This document shows positions 30,960 to 41,099 of a DNA stretch of 64,000 bases, one piece after another. Position 1 is the first letter of the stretch. Every line of letters begins with the position of its first letter. The position numbers and the translations under genes are program-made. The DNA comes from Aulosira sp. ZfuVER01 (lineage in GTDB: Bacteria > Cyanobacteriota > Cyanobacteriia > Cyanobacteriales > Nostocaceae). The notes under the pieces are model-generated. The model had not been told where the DNA came from. It searched no databases and was given only the letters and a program-made list of their open reading frames with translations. The stretch is from positions 64,001-128,000 of the forward strand of contig JAVRCV020000015.1 in assembly GCA_034530615.2 (NCBI GenBank). Reading direction: 5' to 3'.

Positions 30960-31961
30960 ATGAAAAGCATTTATAAAGTATCTCATTTAATTAATAATTC
31001 GCGTCAATTTCCGCAAGGAGTGATATTAACTCTGGCGTTAACTAGCCTGCTATCTTGGGGAATTGGACTCACAAATAACAATACTGCTACTGCTGCGCCT
31101 AGTGCAGCAAACATACAATTATCGCAAAACGTCCAAAATAGACTGCCGAGAACGGTTGCGAGAAACATACTCAATGATGCATCCAAACGTTCTGGAGTGG
31201 CGATCGCTGATTTGAAAATTACTCAAGCTACATCCAAAAACTTTGCGAATCCATGTATTTTCCAGTTTGGGGAAGTTTGTACGCGAGAATATAGACCTAT
31301 TCAAGGCTGGGAGGTAATTGTCCAGGTAAAAGACCAATCTTGGACTTACCATGCCAATAGATCTGGCTCGCAAATCATTTTAGATCCGAAAATTAATGCG
31401 TCAGGAAATGTCGCATTACCTAGAGCGATCGCCAATCAAATTTTAAGCGATGCAGCCAAGCGTTCTGGAGTGGCAGTTGCTAATGTAAAAATTACTCAAG
31501 CTACATCCAAAACCTTTGGGAATCCTTGCATTTTCCAATTTGGTGACATCTGCACCAAAGAGTACAATCCCATTGAGGGTTGGGAAGTAATTGTTCAGGT
31601 AAAGAACCAGTCTTGGACTTACCATGTGAATAAATCTGGCTCGCAAATCGTTTTAGATCCGAAAATTAATAAAACGGGAAATGTCAGATTACCGCGAGCG
31701 ATCGCTAATCAAATTTTAAACGATGCAGCCAAGCGTTCTGGAGTAGCCGTTGCTAATGTAAAAATCACTCAAGCTACATCCAAAACCTTTGGCAACGAGT
31801 GTCATTTCAATTTTGGCGAAGTCTGTGCAGAGATTTACAAACCCGTTGAAGGCTGGGAAGTAATTGTTCAGGTGAAGGAGCAATCTTGGACTTACCATGT
31901 GAATAAAAGTGGCTCCGCGATCGTTTTAGATCCTAAAGTGAGTACAACTAGCTCAAGATAA
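30960..31961 (+). CDS. Exported protein with three tandem 91-aa Cys-pair domains
   Basis: Signal-like N-terminus (ATA-AP). Three repeats LPR..A..IL.DA.KRSG...F.N.C.F.FG..C...Y.P..GWEVIVQVK.QSWTYH with a 273-bp DNA period. Confidence 0.8.
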   Translation: MKSIYKVSHLINNSRQFPQGVILTLALTSLLSWGIGLTNNNTATAAPSAANIQLSQNVQNRLPRTVARNILNDASKRSGVAIADLKITQATSKNFANPCIFQFGEVCTREYRPIQGWEVIVQVKDQSWTYHANRSGSQIILDPKINASGNVALPRAIANQILSDAAKRSGVAVANVKITQATSKTFGNPCIFQFGDICTKEYNPIEGWEVIVQVKNQSWTYHVNKSGSQIVLDPKINKTGNVRLPRAIANQILNDAAKRSGVAVANVKITQATSKTFGNECHFNFGEVCAEIYKPVEGWEVIVQVKEQSWTYHVNKSGSAIVLDPKVSTTSSR

Positions 31962-32079
31962 ATTCCGCGTGGTTTTGATGTTGCCAAATACCATTGCACT
32001 GAATTTTGGAGTATTTTTGGCTCGTGCAATTCGATTCGCTTAGTATATAATGATGGATTGTGTCGATCAAAGCCAAACC

Positions 32080-32277
32080 ATGCCTAAACTCAAGACTCGT
32101 AAAGCAGCGGCGAAGCGATTCCGTGCCACCGGCACAGGTAAAATTGTGCGTCGTAAAGCTTTTAAAAACCACCTTCTAGAGCACAAAACTTCTAACAAGA
32201 AGCGCAACCTGTCCAAGTCTACACTTGTACACGAACGCGATGAAGATAATGTGCGTTTGATGCTCCCCTATTTGTAA
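32080..32277 (+). CDS. rpmI: 50S ribosomal protein L35
   Basis: [21 protein letters not shown]...HLLEHK. Confidence 0.98.
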   Translation: MPKLKTRKAAAKRFRATGTGKIVRRKAFKNHLLEHKTSNKKRNLSKSTLVHERDEDNVRLMLPYL

Positions 32278-32298
32278 GTCCTTCAGGAAAATTAAGTT

Positions 32299-32655
32299 AT
32301 GACACGGGTAAAACGCGGTAACGTAGCTCGTAACCGCCGCAATAAAATTCTCAAACTAGCTAAAGGTTTTCGCGGTTCCCACTCAACTCTGTTTAGAACT
32401 GCTAATCAACAAGTAATGAAGGCGCTACGGAGTGCCTACCGCGATCGCAAAAAGAAAAAGCGCGATTTCCGTCGCCTCTGGATCGCCCGCATCAATGCTG
32501 CTTCAAGGCAACATGGTTTGAGTTACAGCAAGCTAATCGGCAACCTCAAAAAAGCCAATATCCAACTTAATCGCAAAATGTTGGCACAATTGGCAGTTGT
32601 CGATCCAGCTAGCTTTAGCAAAATTGCTGAATTGGCAAGCCAAGCTAGAGGATAA
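32299..32655 (+). CDS. rplT: 50S ribosomal protein L20
   Basis: MTRVKRG...AKGFRG...[14 protein letters not shown]...LNRKMLA. Confidence 0.98.
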   Translation: MTRVKRGNVARNRRNKILKLAKGFRGSHSTLFRTANQQVMKALRSAYRDRKKKKRDFRRLWIARINAASRQHGLSYSKLIGNLKKANIQLNRKMLAQLAVVDPASFSKIAELASQARG

Positions 32656-32667
32656 AGGTGCTAACGG

Positions 32668-33483
32668 ATGAATAACGGATGTAACAGATGGCAAGCAATT
32701 AATCAGTTACATCTGATATTATCCGCTACCATATTATTGATTTTTTGCTTTTGCTTTCTGGGGATAGGTTCGATTGCATCTGCTGCCGAAATGCCAGAAA
32801 TTCAGCAGCGAGGCTATTTAACTATTGCTGTCAAAGATAACTCGCGTCCCTTAGGATTTAGAGATGCTAAGGGGAATTTGCAAGGTTTAGAAATTGACTT
32901 AGCACAGCGTTTGGCAGTTGATTTATTAGGTAAACCAAATGCTGTCAAGTTGCAACCTGTAGCAAATCGCGATCGCTTATCTGTAGTCTTAAACAATAAA
33001 GTTGATTTTGCCATTGCGAGGGTAACAGCAACAGAATCGCGCTCTCGCTTGGTTAGTCTCAGTGTTCCTTACTACTATGATGGCAGTTATTTAGTTGTAA
33101 AAGATACTGCCATCCAGCAGATAAATGATTTAGCAAAACGCAAAATCGCTGTACTCAAAAACTCCAGTACAATTGGTGATGTCAGGTACTATGTGCCCAA
33201 TGCCGAGTTAGTAGGAGTGAGTTCCTATGAGGAAGCGCGATCGCAAATGGAAAGTGGGAAAGTGCAAGCTTTTGGTGCAGATGCTAGCGTTCTCAGTGGT
33301 TGGGTGCAACAATATCCCCAATATCGGCTACTACCAAACAAACTATCTACAGCACCTTTATCTGTAGTCATGCCCAAGGGATTGCAGTACGATGATTTAA
33401 GACGACAGGTAAATGAAGCGATCGCACGTTATCTAGCTGAAGGTTGGCTGAAGCAACGCGCTCAATATTGGGGTTTGCCATAG
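32668..33483 (+). CDS. Amino-acid ABC-type substrate-binding protein (SBP family 3)
   Basis: Signal peptide; IQQRGYLTIAVK...PLGF...GLEIDLA...KVDFAIA.VTAT..R...S.PYY. Confidence 0.85.
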   Translation: MNNGCNRWQAINQLHLILSATILLIFCFCFLGIGSIASAAEMPEIQQRGYLTIAVKDNSRPLGFRDAKGNLQGLEIDLAQRLAVDLLGKPNAVKLQPVANRDRLSVVLNNKVDFAIARVTATESRSRLVSLSVPYYYDGSYLVVKDTAIQQINDLAKRKIAVLKNSSTIGDVRYYVPNAELVGVSSYEEARSQMESGKVQAFGADASVLSGWVQQYPQYRLLPNKLSTAPLSVVMPKGLQYDDLRRQVNEAIARYLAEGWLKQRAQYWGLP

Positions 33484-33605
33484 TTGAGTCATTGGTCATT
33501 AGTCATTGGTTAGTAGAACATAAACAATGAACAAAGAACAAATGACAGATGACAAAAAGCTGATAATAAATAAGAAGACTCTTTATAATTTCCTATTTCA
33601 AGACA

Positions 33606-34130
33606 ATGGATAACAGTCTAGCGGTTGTTTATCTCTCGATTTTTGTAGGTATACTCGCATTTGCAGTTGTGAGTATTTTTCGCCAAATTTTCAAAACTCG
33701 TAAAATTGAAAGTTCCTTATCACGATTAAAAAACAAGTTGAGTAAAGATAAGGGTACGACTCAAGAATATTACGAGTTAGCTAGTATTTATTCTCAAAAG
33801 AAAATATATTCTCAAGCGATCGCGCTATTTCAAAAAGCTCTCAAAGCTGCGGAAGAAGAGAAAGAAGAAAACGTTGCTCCCATTTACAATGGACTGGGCT
33901 ATGTTTATTTTGCCCAAGAGCAGTATGATTTAGCAATTCGTCAATACAAAGAAGCCCTGAAAATCAAACCTGACTACGTAACAGCGCTAAATAATCTCGC
34001 TCATGCTTATGAGCGCAAAAAATTAACCGCACAAGCCCTCCAAACTTACGAAGAAGCACTCAAATTTGCTCCTAATAATTCTACTGCTAAACGCCGTTCT
34101 GAATCTTTGCGCCGCTTAGTTTCTGCCTAA
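33606..34130 (+). CDS. ycf37: TPR protein, Ycf37-like photosystem I assembly factor
   Basis: N-terminal TM, three TPRs (YNGLGYVYF, YVTALNNLAHAYE); located after rplT. Confidence 0.75.
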   Translation: MDNSLAVVYLSIFVGILAFAVVSIFRQIFKTRKIESSLSRLKNKLSKDKGTTQEYYELASIYSQKKIYSQAIALFQKALKAAEEEKEENVAPIYNGLGYVYFAQEQYDLAIRQYKEALKIKPDYVTALNNLAHAYERKKLTAQALQTYEEALKFAPNNSTAKRRSESLRRLVSA

Positions 34131-34163
34131 TTAATCAGCCGTGATAGCAGTATTGGAAGCCTC

Positions 34164-34195
34164 AGATTCCCAACTCTTATAGAAGTTGGGAATCT
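34164..34195. terminator. REP-like hairpin followed by T-tract
   Basis: AGATTCCCAACT-cttataga-AGTTGGGAATCT-TTTT; same family as 18620-18652. Confidence 0.55.
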
Positions 34196-34373
34196 TTTTA
34201 TTTACTAATTTTTATACCTGATTTGCATAGATATCGTTGTTTCATTCAAATTGGTGAAAATATCGCAGGATGAGTAGTGCTAATAAAAAATCTAAAATTC
34301 AAATAAATCTATTCGGTTTACCAATACAAGCTGGGAATATAGATAACTATACATTCCTGTAAATATCTAAAGA

Positions 34374-36353
34374 ATGATTAAGCGGGTACGGTTCTTTAGT
34401 TTAGCAATTGCCATTATTATTTTCGTTGTTGGCGCTCTAGGTTCTAGGGAAATGTTATCTGCACAACAGCCTGCAATTTCCCATCCTCTAACTGCGTTAA
34501 CATCAGCAGAAATTAACACAGCGGTTGCAGTTGTGAAGAAAGATAAAAAGCTCACTGATAAGGCTGTGTTTCCCTTAATAACTCTGCAAGAACCAGATAA
34601 AAAAGAAGTTCTAAATTTTACACCAGGGAAAAATTTTCAGCGACAAGCTTTCTTGGTAGTGTATGAGCAATCCCAAAATCAAACCTATGAAGGTATAGTA
34701 GACCTCAAAACAAAAACCCTAAGTTTTTGGAAACAAATACCTAATGTTCAACCGGCAATTATTAATCCAGAATACGATCTAGCAAAGCAGATTGTACAAT
34801 CTGACCCCCAATGGCAAGCAGCAATGCAGAAACGGGGAATTACAGATTTTGATAAAGTCAAAATTAATTGCTGGGCACCAGGGATATTAAGTAATGAGGA
34901 AGCTGCAAAAGGTAAGCGTTTTTGTCGAGCATTATCTTACTATAAAGGCAATAATTGGAACTATTTTGGCAGTCCAATTGAAGGTGTAGTGGCTACAGTT
35001 GATTTAAACACAGGTAAACTCGACAGTTTTGTAGACAACGGGATAGTACCTTTCTCTAAACAGAACTGGAACTATGATTTGCAATCTTTGGGTAAATTAC
35101 TTTCACCGCCCAAATTATTAAAGTTTCTCCAACCTCAAGGCGCTAGTTTCCGAATAAGAGGTAATACGATTAGCTGGCAAGGTTGGAATTTTCGCTATCT
35201 CATGCATCCCCGTAGTGGGTTAGTTCTTTACCAAGTAACTTATGACGATGGAGAAAAAATTCGACCAGTGTTATACCGGGCTAGCCTATCAGAAATGGTA
35301 GTACCTTATGGCGATCCTGACCCGACCTGGGCTTTTAGAAATGCCTTTGATGTGGGCGAATATAACTTTGGCTCCCTAGCAACCTCAATGGAGTTAGGTA
35401 AAGATATTCCTGAAAACGGCTTGTTGTTGAATGCTGTTTTAGCTAATGAACAGGGGGAACCCTACGAAATGCCAAAAGTTATTGGTATTTACGAACGCGA
35501 TAATGGCATACTCTGGAAGCATTACGAATACAACACCCAGAAAAATTATGTTCGTCGCAGTCGAGAACTAGTGATAACTATGACGGCGGCGATTGATAAT
35601 TATGATTACAGCCTGAATTGGATTTTTCACCAAGATGGCAGTTTAGAAATTCAGAACGACTTAACAGGAATTATTTTAGTACAGGGAACAGCAGCGGAAA
35701 AACAGTCTGAGGATAATTCCTATGGTCGGCTAATAGCAAAGAACATCTTCGGTGTAAATCATCAACACTTCTTCAACTATCGCTTAGATATGGATGTAGA
35801 CGGTCAGGCTAATTCTGTGATGGAAATGAATGTTCAAGCCTTACCGATAGATAATAAAAATTCTCTAGGAAATGCGATCGCAGTTACAGATACTCCATTA
35901 ACAACAGAAACCGCTGCTGTCCGCGATTTAGATATGAAACACAGTCGCGAATGGATGATTGTTAACGCAAATCGCCAAAATACTCTAGGAACTGCTCCAG
36001 GTTATATGCTAATGCCAGGAGGTAATACCATATTTTTCCCTGTAGAAGGTGCAAAGATTCGTGAGAAAGCTGGCTTTGCGACTCATCATGTTTGGGTGAC
36101 AAAATATCAGCCAGATGAACTTTACGCTGGCGGAGATTATCCTAACCAAAGTCAACCAGGGCAAGGTTTACCTAAATATATAGCCAACAATGAACCTTTG
36201 ACGGGTGAAGATATCGTACTGTGGTACACAATGGGCGTTACTCATGTTCCCCGACCAGAAGATTGGCCTGTGATGCCAACGCACCGAGTAGGATTTAAGT
36301 TAGTTCCCAGAGGATTCTTTAACCGCAATCCTACAATCAATTTACCTGAGTAA
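34374..36353 (+). CDS. tynA: Copper/TPQ primary amine oxidase, exported
   Basis: Signal peptide, HPL..LT..EI, VPYGDP, AFDVGEY, TPQ consensus NYDY, HQH copper ligands, THVPRPEDWPVMP. Confidence 0.92.
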   Translation: MIKRVRFFSLAIAIIIFVVGALGSREMLSAQQPAISHPLTALTSAEINTAVAVVKKDKKLTDKAVFPLITLQEPDKKEVLNFTPGKNFQRQAFLVVYEQSQNQTYEGIVDLKTKTLSFWKQIPNVQPAIINPEYDLAKQIVQSDPQWQAAMQKRGITDFDKVKINCWAPGILSNEEAAKGKRFCRALSYYKGNNWNYFGSPIEGVVATVDLNTGKLDSFVDNGIVPFSKQNWNYDLQSLGKLLSPPKLLKFLQPQGASFRIRGNTISWQGWNFRYLMHPRSGLVLYQVTYDDGEKIRPVLYRASLSEMVVPYGDPDPTWAFRNAFDVGEYNFGSLATSMELGKDIPENGLLLNAVLANEQGEPYEMPKVIGIYERDNGILWKHYEYNTQKNYVRRSRELVITMTAAIDNYDYSLNWIFHQDGSLEIQNDLTGIILVQGTAAEKQSEDNSYGRLIAKNIFGVNHQHFFNYRLDMDVDGQANSVMEMNVQALPIDNKNSLGNAIAVTDTPLTTETAAVRDLDMKHSREWMIVNANRQNTLGTAPGYMLMPGGNTIFFPVEGAKIREKAGFATHHVWVTKYQPDELYAGGDYPNQSQPGQGLPKYIANNEPLTGEDIVLWYTMGVTHVPRPEDWPVMPTHRVGFKLVPRGFFNRNPTINLPE

Positions 36354-36395
36354 ATAACTGTGAACAACCCCAGGAAAACTTAAATACTTTTTACT

Positions 36396-36420
36396 CGTTA
36401 CCAGGCTCACCCTGGTAACG
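36396..36420. repeat. REP-like hairpin at the truncation point of the endonuclease remnant
   Basis: CGTTACCAGG-ctcac-CCTGGTAACG. Confidence 0.55.
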
Positions 36421-36425
36421 CATTT

Positions 36426-36664
36426 CGCAAGAGGATATTGCTATAGTAGCATACGAAATTCATTTTCTATATTGTTCTTGCTAACTAGATAGTTAAGTGT
36501 ATTTAAATGAATTTCTATATCCTTAAATTTATTTAAAGTTTTTTGCAAATAAACAAAATAATCCCAGACCCTTATAGAGTCTGTTAATGTATTTTGAGAA
36601 TATTGGAAATATCATCTTCATTTGAACAATTTAAATATGTCTAACAAAGGAAATTAAATTTCAT
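36426..36664 (-). pseudogene. DpnII/MboI-like type II restriction endonuclease remnant (N-terminal ~80 codons)
   Basis: Reads MKFNFLC*TYLNCSNEDD, then a frameshift, then FQYSQNTLTDSIRVWDYFVYLQKTLNKFKDIEIHLNTLNYLVSKNNIENEFRMLL*QYP. WDYFV and LN.LNYL...NIE.EF..LL..YP resemble DpnII-family N-termini. Starts 19 nt after the MTase stop. Confidence 0.7.
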
Positions 36665-36683
36665 ATCCAGTTTGGATTGCTAC

Positions 36684-37625
36684 CTAGTAGTTCATAATCA
36701 ATAACTCATTTATTAACTGTCTTTTTAATACATTACTGTTTATATTCCTTGTCGCTCTTACCCTTTCTATGTGATACCCAGCATAAGCTTCTTCAAAAAA
36801 ATTATCGTTGATATTTTCATTTTTAGGATCGGAATTACTTAGCATGAGTAATGCGCCCTTATTGTCTAGTTCTTTAAAAAAGTCTCGCAACCTCAATTGC
36901 TCGAAATCATTAAATGATTGCTTTGAATAGGATGTAAAGTTAGATGTTTTACTAATTGGTCTATAGGGTGGATCAAAGTAAACAAATGTTTGATTATCTA
37001 CAAAATTTTCACACTTAGTAAAATCTCCATGATTAATTTGAGTTTTTTGGAGAATTTTAGCCACTGCTATCAAGTTTTCTGGATCGCAAATACATGGTTT
37101 TTTATATTTACCTACTGGAACATTAAAATCACCTTTAGAATTAAATCTGAAAAGTCCATTAAAACAAGTTTTGTTCAAAAAAATAATTTGTGCAGTTCTT
37201 TCTACCCATTCAAAATTATATTTGTTCAAATAGATGTAGTTTTTTCTTGAATTAAAATGTGTCCTCATTTGATAAAAATATTTGCTTCTTTCGCTTTCAT
37301 CAAAAGACAAATATTTCATTTCAATTTTAGATAAAAGTTTAATTACATCTTCGACATTTTGTTTAATTGTCTTATAAGCTATAACTAATTCTACGTTTAT
37401 ATCAGAAATAAATAATTCTTGAATAGAATCATATTTATGCGCTATGTAGAAGAATAATGCACCACCTCCTATAAAAGGTTCTATGTACCTTTTTATTGAG
37501 ATTGAGCCTTTCAACAATTCATGGGGGAGAAAATTATTTATTTGCTCGATTAACTGACTTTTTCCACCAGCCCATTTCAAAAAAGGCTTTGGGATTGTTG
37601 AAAGCGTTGGGACATTTAGATGCAT
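36684..37625 (-). CDS. Dam/DpnM-like (D12 class) N6-adenine DNA methyltransferase
   Basis: KPFLKWAGGK, YIEPFIGGGA, LNKTCFNGLFR.N..G.FNVP.G, YFDPPY, FTSY, MLSNS; very AT-rich. Confidence 0.92.
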   Translation of the reverse strand: MHLNVPTLSTIPKPFLKWAGGKSQLIEQINNFLPHELLKGSISIKRYIEPFIGGGALFFYIAHKYDSIQELFISDINVELVIAYKTIKQNVEDVIKLLSKIEMKYLSFDESERSKYFYQMRTHFNSRKNYIYLNKYNFEWVERTAQIIFLNKTCFNGLFRFNSKGDFNVPVGKYKKPCICDPENLIAVAKILQKTQINHGDFTKCENFVDNQTFVYFDPPYRPISKTSNFTSYSKQSFNDFEQLRLRDFFKELDNKGALLMLSNSDPKNENINDNFFEEAYAGYHIERVRATRNINSNVLKRQLINELLIMNY

Positions 37626-37808
37626 TGGCTTAACCTAGATATACCAGATCCCTTCAATATAGTTCATGTGTACCAAAAGTTTGTTTAAGATAGCACAAAT
37701 AATGATAGAAGCACAATTAAATATATGTGCCAACCCCACAACATCGGTACTCGCCCCTACACCAACTTTGAGTGCGATCGCATGAGATAAAGAAGCGATC
37801 GCTTAATA

Positions 37809-37931
37809 TTACTCACTAGGTAGATTATCAGGGTTAATGCCGAGGGAGCGTAGGTACTGCGCTAATTGTTCAGCGCGTTCTCGTTCTTGCTGTGCTTGTT
37901 CTTCTGGGGTCAAATAGCGATCGCCTTTTTC
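37809..37931 (-). pseudogene. C-terminal fragment of a Uma2-family gene
   Basis: EKGDRYLTPEEQAQQERERAEQLAQYLRSLGINPDNLPSE*, similar to the tail of 57156-57833 (GKRLLTPEER...LRSLGVDPDSL). No start or nuclease domain. Confidence 0.75.
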
Positions 37932-38200
37932 GTGATTTCCAGATCCCAACTTCTTTGAGGAAACTTTACTGAAAATAAAGATTTATGTCACTTAAACAAC
38001 ACAATGTTGTTTAAATTAAGAGCTACATCCCAAGTAGCCAACAGGTTTGAGCGATCGCATCCGACTTGAAACTTAATATTTTCCCCATTTTATAAGGGCT
38101 ACAAGTTTTGAGACAATCAGACAACGATGAGAAATTCCGCAATCATAGTCCACCTATTATCGGACTCCGTATTGTTTCAGTTTAAAAGGGAGAACACCTG

Positions 38201-39727
38201 ATGAAATTGGCTTACTGGATGTATGCAGGGCCAGCCCACATAGGTACACTGCGAATCGCCAGTTCTTTTAAGAATGTCCATGCCATCATGCACGCCCCTC
38301 TCGGCGATGACTATTTTAATGTCATGCGCTCCATGCTATCGCGGGAGAGGGACTTTACCCCAGTGACAACCAGTGTTGTTGACCGTAACGTTTTGGCACG
38401 CGGTTCTCAGGAGAAGGTGGTAGATAACATTACCCGCAAAGATGCTGAAGAACACCCAGATTTGATTGTGTTAACTCCCACCTGTACTTCTAGTATTCTG
38501 CAAGAAGACTTGCACAACTTTGTAGAACGGGCACAACTGGAAGCGAAAGGAGATGTCATTCTAGCGGATGTCAATCACTACCGCTACAACGAACTACAAG
38601 CAGCCGATCGCACTTTGCAACAAATAGTGCAATATTACATTGATAAAGCCCGCAAAAAAGGCGAACTACCAGAAGGCAAAACTGCAAAACCCTCTGTCAA
38701 CATCATTGGTATTTCTACCCTTGGTTTCCATCATCAGCATGACTGCACCGAACTGAAAAAGCTGATGGGTGATTTGGGAATCGAAGTAAACACCGTGATT
38801 CCTGAAGGCGCTTCTGTCAACGAATTGAAGAAGATGCCGCAAGCTTGGTTTAACCTAGTACCTTACCGCGAACTCGGTTTAACAACAGCTCGTTACTTAG
38901 AAGAACAATTCGGCACTCCCTACGTAGACATTACCCCAATGGGTGTTGTAGAGACTGCTCGCTGTATCCGCAAGATTCAGCAGGTAATTAACGCCCAAGG
39001 TGCTGAGGTTGAATACGAAGACTTCATCAACGAACAAACCTTGTATGTATCTCAAGCTGCTTGGTTCTCGCGCTCCATCGACTGTCAAAACTTAACTGGT
39101 AAAAAAGCTGTGGTGTTTGGTGACAACACCCACGCCGCTGCACTTACCAAAATTCTGTCACGGGAGATGGGGATTCACGTTGTTTGGGCTGGAACTTATT
39201 GCAAATATGATGCAGACTGGTTCCGCGAACAAGTGAGTGAGTATTGCGATGAAGTATTAATTACCGACGATCATGGTGCAATTGGGGATGCGATCGCCCG
39301 CGTCGAACCTTCCGCCATCTTCGGTACGCAAATGGAACGCCACGTTGGTAAGCGGTTGGATATTCCCTGCGGTGTCATAGCTGCACCCATCCACGTGCAA
39401 AACTTCCCCATCGGTTACAAGCCATTCTTGGGCTACGAAGGTACAAATCAGATTACAGATTTAATCTACAATTCTTTCACTTTAGGAATGGAAGATCACC
39501 TTTTAGAAATATTTGGTGGACACGATACCAAGGAAGTAATTACCAAAGGAATTTCTGCCGAATCTGATTTGAATTGGACAAAAGATGGTTTAGCAGAATT
39601 GAACAAAATTCCCGGATTTGTGCGCGGTAAAGTCAAGCGCAACACTGAGAAATTTGCACGCGATCGCGGCATCAAAGATATCAACTCTGAAGTGTTGTAT
39701 GCTGCTAAAGAAGCTGTTGGCGCTTAG
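38201..39727 (+). CDS. chlB: Light-independent protochlorophyllide reductase subunit B
   Basis: [67 protein letters not shown]. Confidence 0.98.
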   Translation: MKLAYWMYAGPAHIGTLRIASSFKNVHAIMHAPLGDDYFNVMRSMLSRERDFTPVTTSVVDRNVLARGSQEKVVDNITRKDAEEHPDLIVLTPTCTSSILQEDLHNFVERAQLEAKGDVILADVNHYRYNELQAADRTLQQIVQYYIDKARKKGELPEGKTAKPSVNIIGISTLGFHHQHDCTELKKLMGDLGIEVNTVIPEGASVNELKKMPQAWFNLVPYRELGLTTARYLEEQFGTPYVDITPMGVVETARCIRKIQQVINAQGAEVEYEDFINEQTLYVSQAAWFSRSIDCQNLTGKKAVVFGDNTHAAALTKILSREMGIHVVWAGTYCKYDADWFREQVSEYCDEVLITDDHGAIGDAIARVEPSAIFGTQMERHVGKRLDIPCGVIAAPIHVQNFPIGYKPFLGYEGTNQITDLIYNSFTLGMEDHLLEIFGGHDTKEVITKGISAESDLNWTKDGLAELNKIPGFVRGKVKRNTEKFARDRGIKDINSEVLYAAKEAVGA

Positions 39728-39932
39728 TTTCGCAAGTTAATCGAGAAGATTCAGGAGTGAGGAGTCATATATACTCTTTACCCTGATTTTTTGTATCCCC
39801 AGAATAGAAGGATTTTAGGGGGAGTATTACTGTGGCTTTAAGAAATGCAAAAATCGAGAGTAAAATTCAATATTCTGTTACTTGTGTAGTTAAAAGTAAG
39901 ATATAGTAAGACCTTCAATAAGGGAGGGTAAG

Positions 39933-40169
39933 ATGACTTCGCAAGTTGTAGATACCACCTCAAAATTAATTACTAAGCTGAAAAATCTAGCACCCGAACA
40001 GCAACAGCAGGTGCTAGATTTTGTTGAATTTCTAGCACAAAAATATCCTCAACCCCAAGCACCACCTGATAAACGGGTATTAGGTTTAAACCAAGGTGAG
40101 ATTTGGATGAGTGATGATTTTAATGACCCCTTACCAGATGAATTTTGGTTAGGTGAAGGCGAGGGATGA
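39933..40169 (+). CDS. DUF2281-type antitoxin
   Basis: L..L.PEQQQQVLDFVEFL..KY...RVLGL..GEIWMSDDFNDPLP; ATGA overlap with the PIN toxin. Confidence 0.8.
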   Translation: MTSQVVDTTSKLITKLKNLAPEQQQQVLDFVEFLAQKYPQPQAPPDKRVLGLNQGEIWMSDDFNDPLPDEFWLGEGEG

Positions 40170-40555
40170 AACTATTATTAGACACTCATGTACTGATTTG
40201 GTCAGCAGGAAATCCAGAAAAACTATCCCAGAGAGTTAGAAACCTATTAATTGATACTAACAACCTTTGGGTAGTTAGCATCGCTAGTGTGTGGGAATTA
40301 CAAATTAAATCTCAGCTTGGCAAGCTAAATTTAAGCTCACAGCTTCCTAATTTTATAGAAACTCAACAGAGAGTAAATAATCTACAGATACTATCGATTG
40401 AATTGTCTCATATTTATGCGCTAGAAAATTTACCAAAGCACCACCGCGATCCTTTTGACCGAATTTTAATTGCTCAGGCAACTATTGAAAAAATGCCTTT
40501 GTTAAGTATAGATGTAATCTTTGATTCGTATCCAGTTCAAAGGATATGGGAGTAA
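40166..40555 (+). CDS. vapC: VapC/PIN-domain toxin
   Basis: MKLLLDTHVLIW, SIASVWE..IK..LGKL, HRDPFDRILIAQA, LLSID. Confidence 0.9.
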   Translation: MKLLLDTHVLIWSAGNPEKLSQRVRNLLIDTNNLWVVSIASVWELQIKSQLGKLNLSSQLPNFIETQQRVNNLQILSIELSHIYALENLPKHHRDPFDRILIAQATIEKMPLLSIDVIFDSYPVQRIWE

Positions 40556-40775
40556 AAATACAGATTCGATAAATTTAGATTGCGATCGCATTACTAGGAC
40601 TAATACGATTTCACTTGAATAATAATACAGATACGTGGGTAAGGGTTTAGCAATGAATGCTAAATTTAAATCCTCACAATTTCCTCACATTTAGTTGCTA
40701 AAAATACATTAGTAGTAAAACAAAGACAAAATCACCCCGACCATTGTGCCGGGTTTTCTTGATTGTAGGTATTTT

Positions 40776-41033
40776 ATGACACAATCTCATTGGCAAGATA
40801 AAGACAGATTTCTTTACTCTCGCAGTCGTTACTACGGTCAATTCAACCCAGAGCATTTTGTGTTTAATGCTAATCTTCAAGAATTTTCCCAAAGAGTAGG
40901 CTATATCACTGCATTAGAAACATCTGGTAAACTTTCTCCCGAACAAGCTTATAAGCAAATAAAAGCGCTCTGGAAACAGTTGAAGCACAGCAAACAGGAA
41001 CTCAAGATTGGTGATAATCCGCCACAAATTTAG
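40776..41033 (+). CDS. Conserved cyanobacterial hypothetical protein (DUF7219-like)
   Basis: FLY.RSRYYG.F.PE..VFNANLQEFSQRV.YI..LET.GKLSP.QAY.QIK.LWKQLK. Confidence 0.75.
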   Translation: MTQSHWQDKDRFLYSRSRYYGQFNPEHFVFNANLQEFSQRVGYITALETSGKLSPEQAYKQIKALWKQLKHSKQELKIGDNPPQI

Positions 41034-41099
41034 TTAATTGCAATTAGCATTACTGAAGATTTTCGGGCAAAATCCCCAATAGCTGTATATTTTCTGTTA

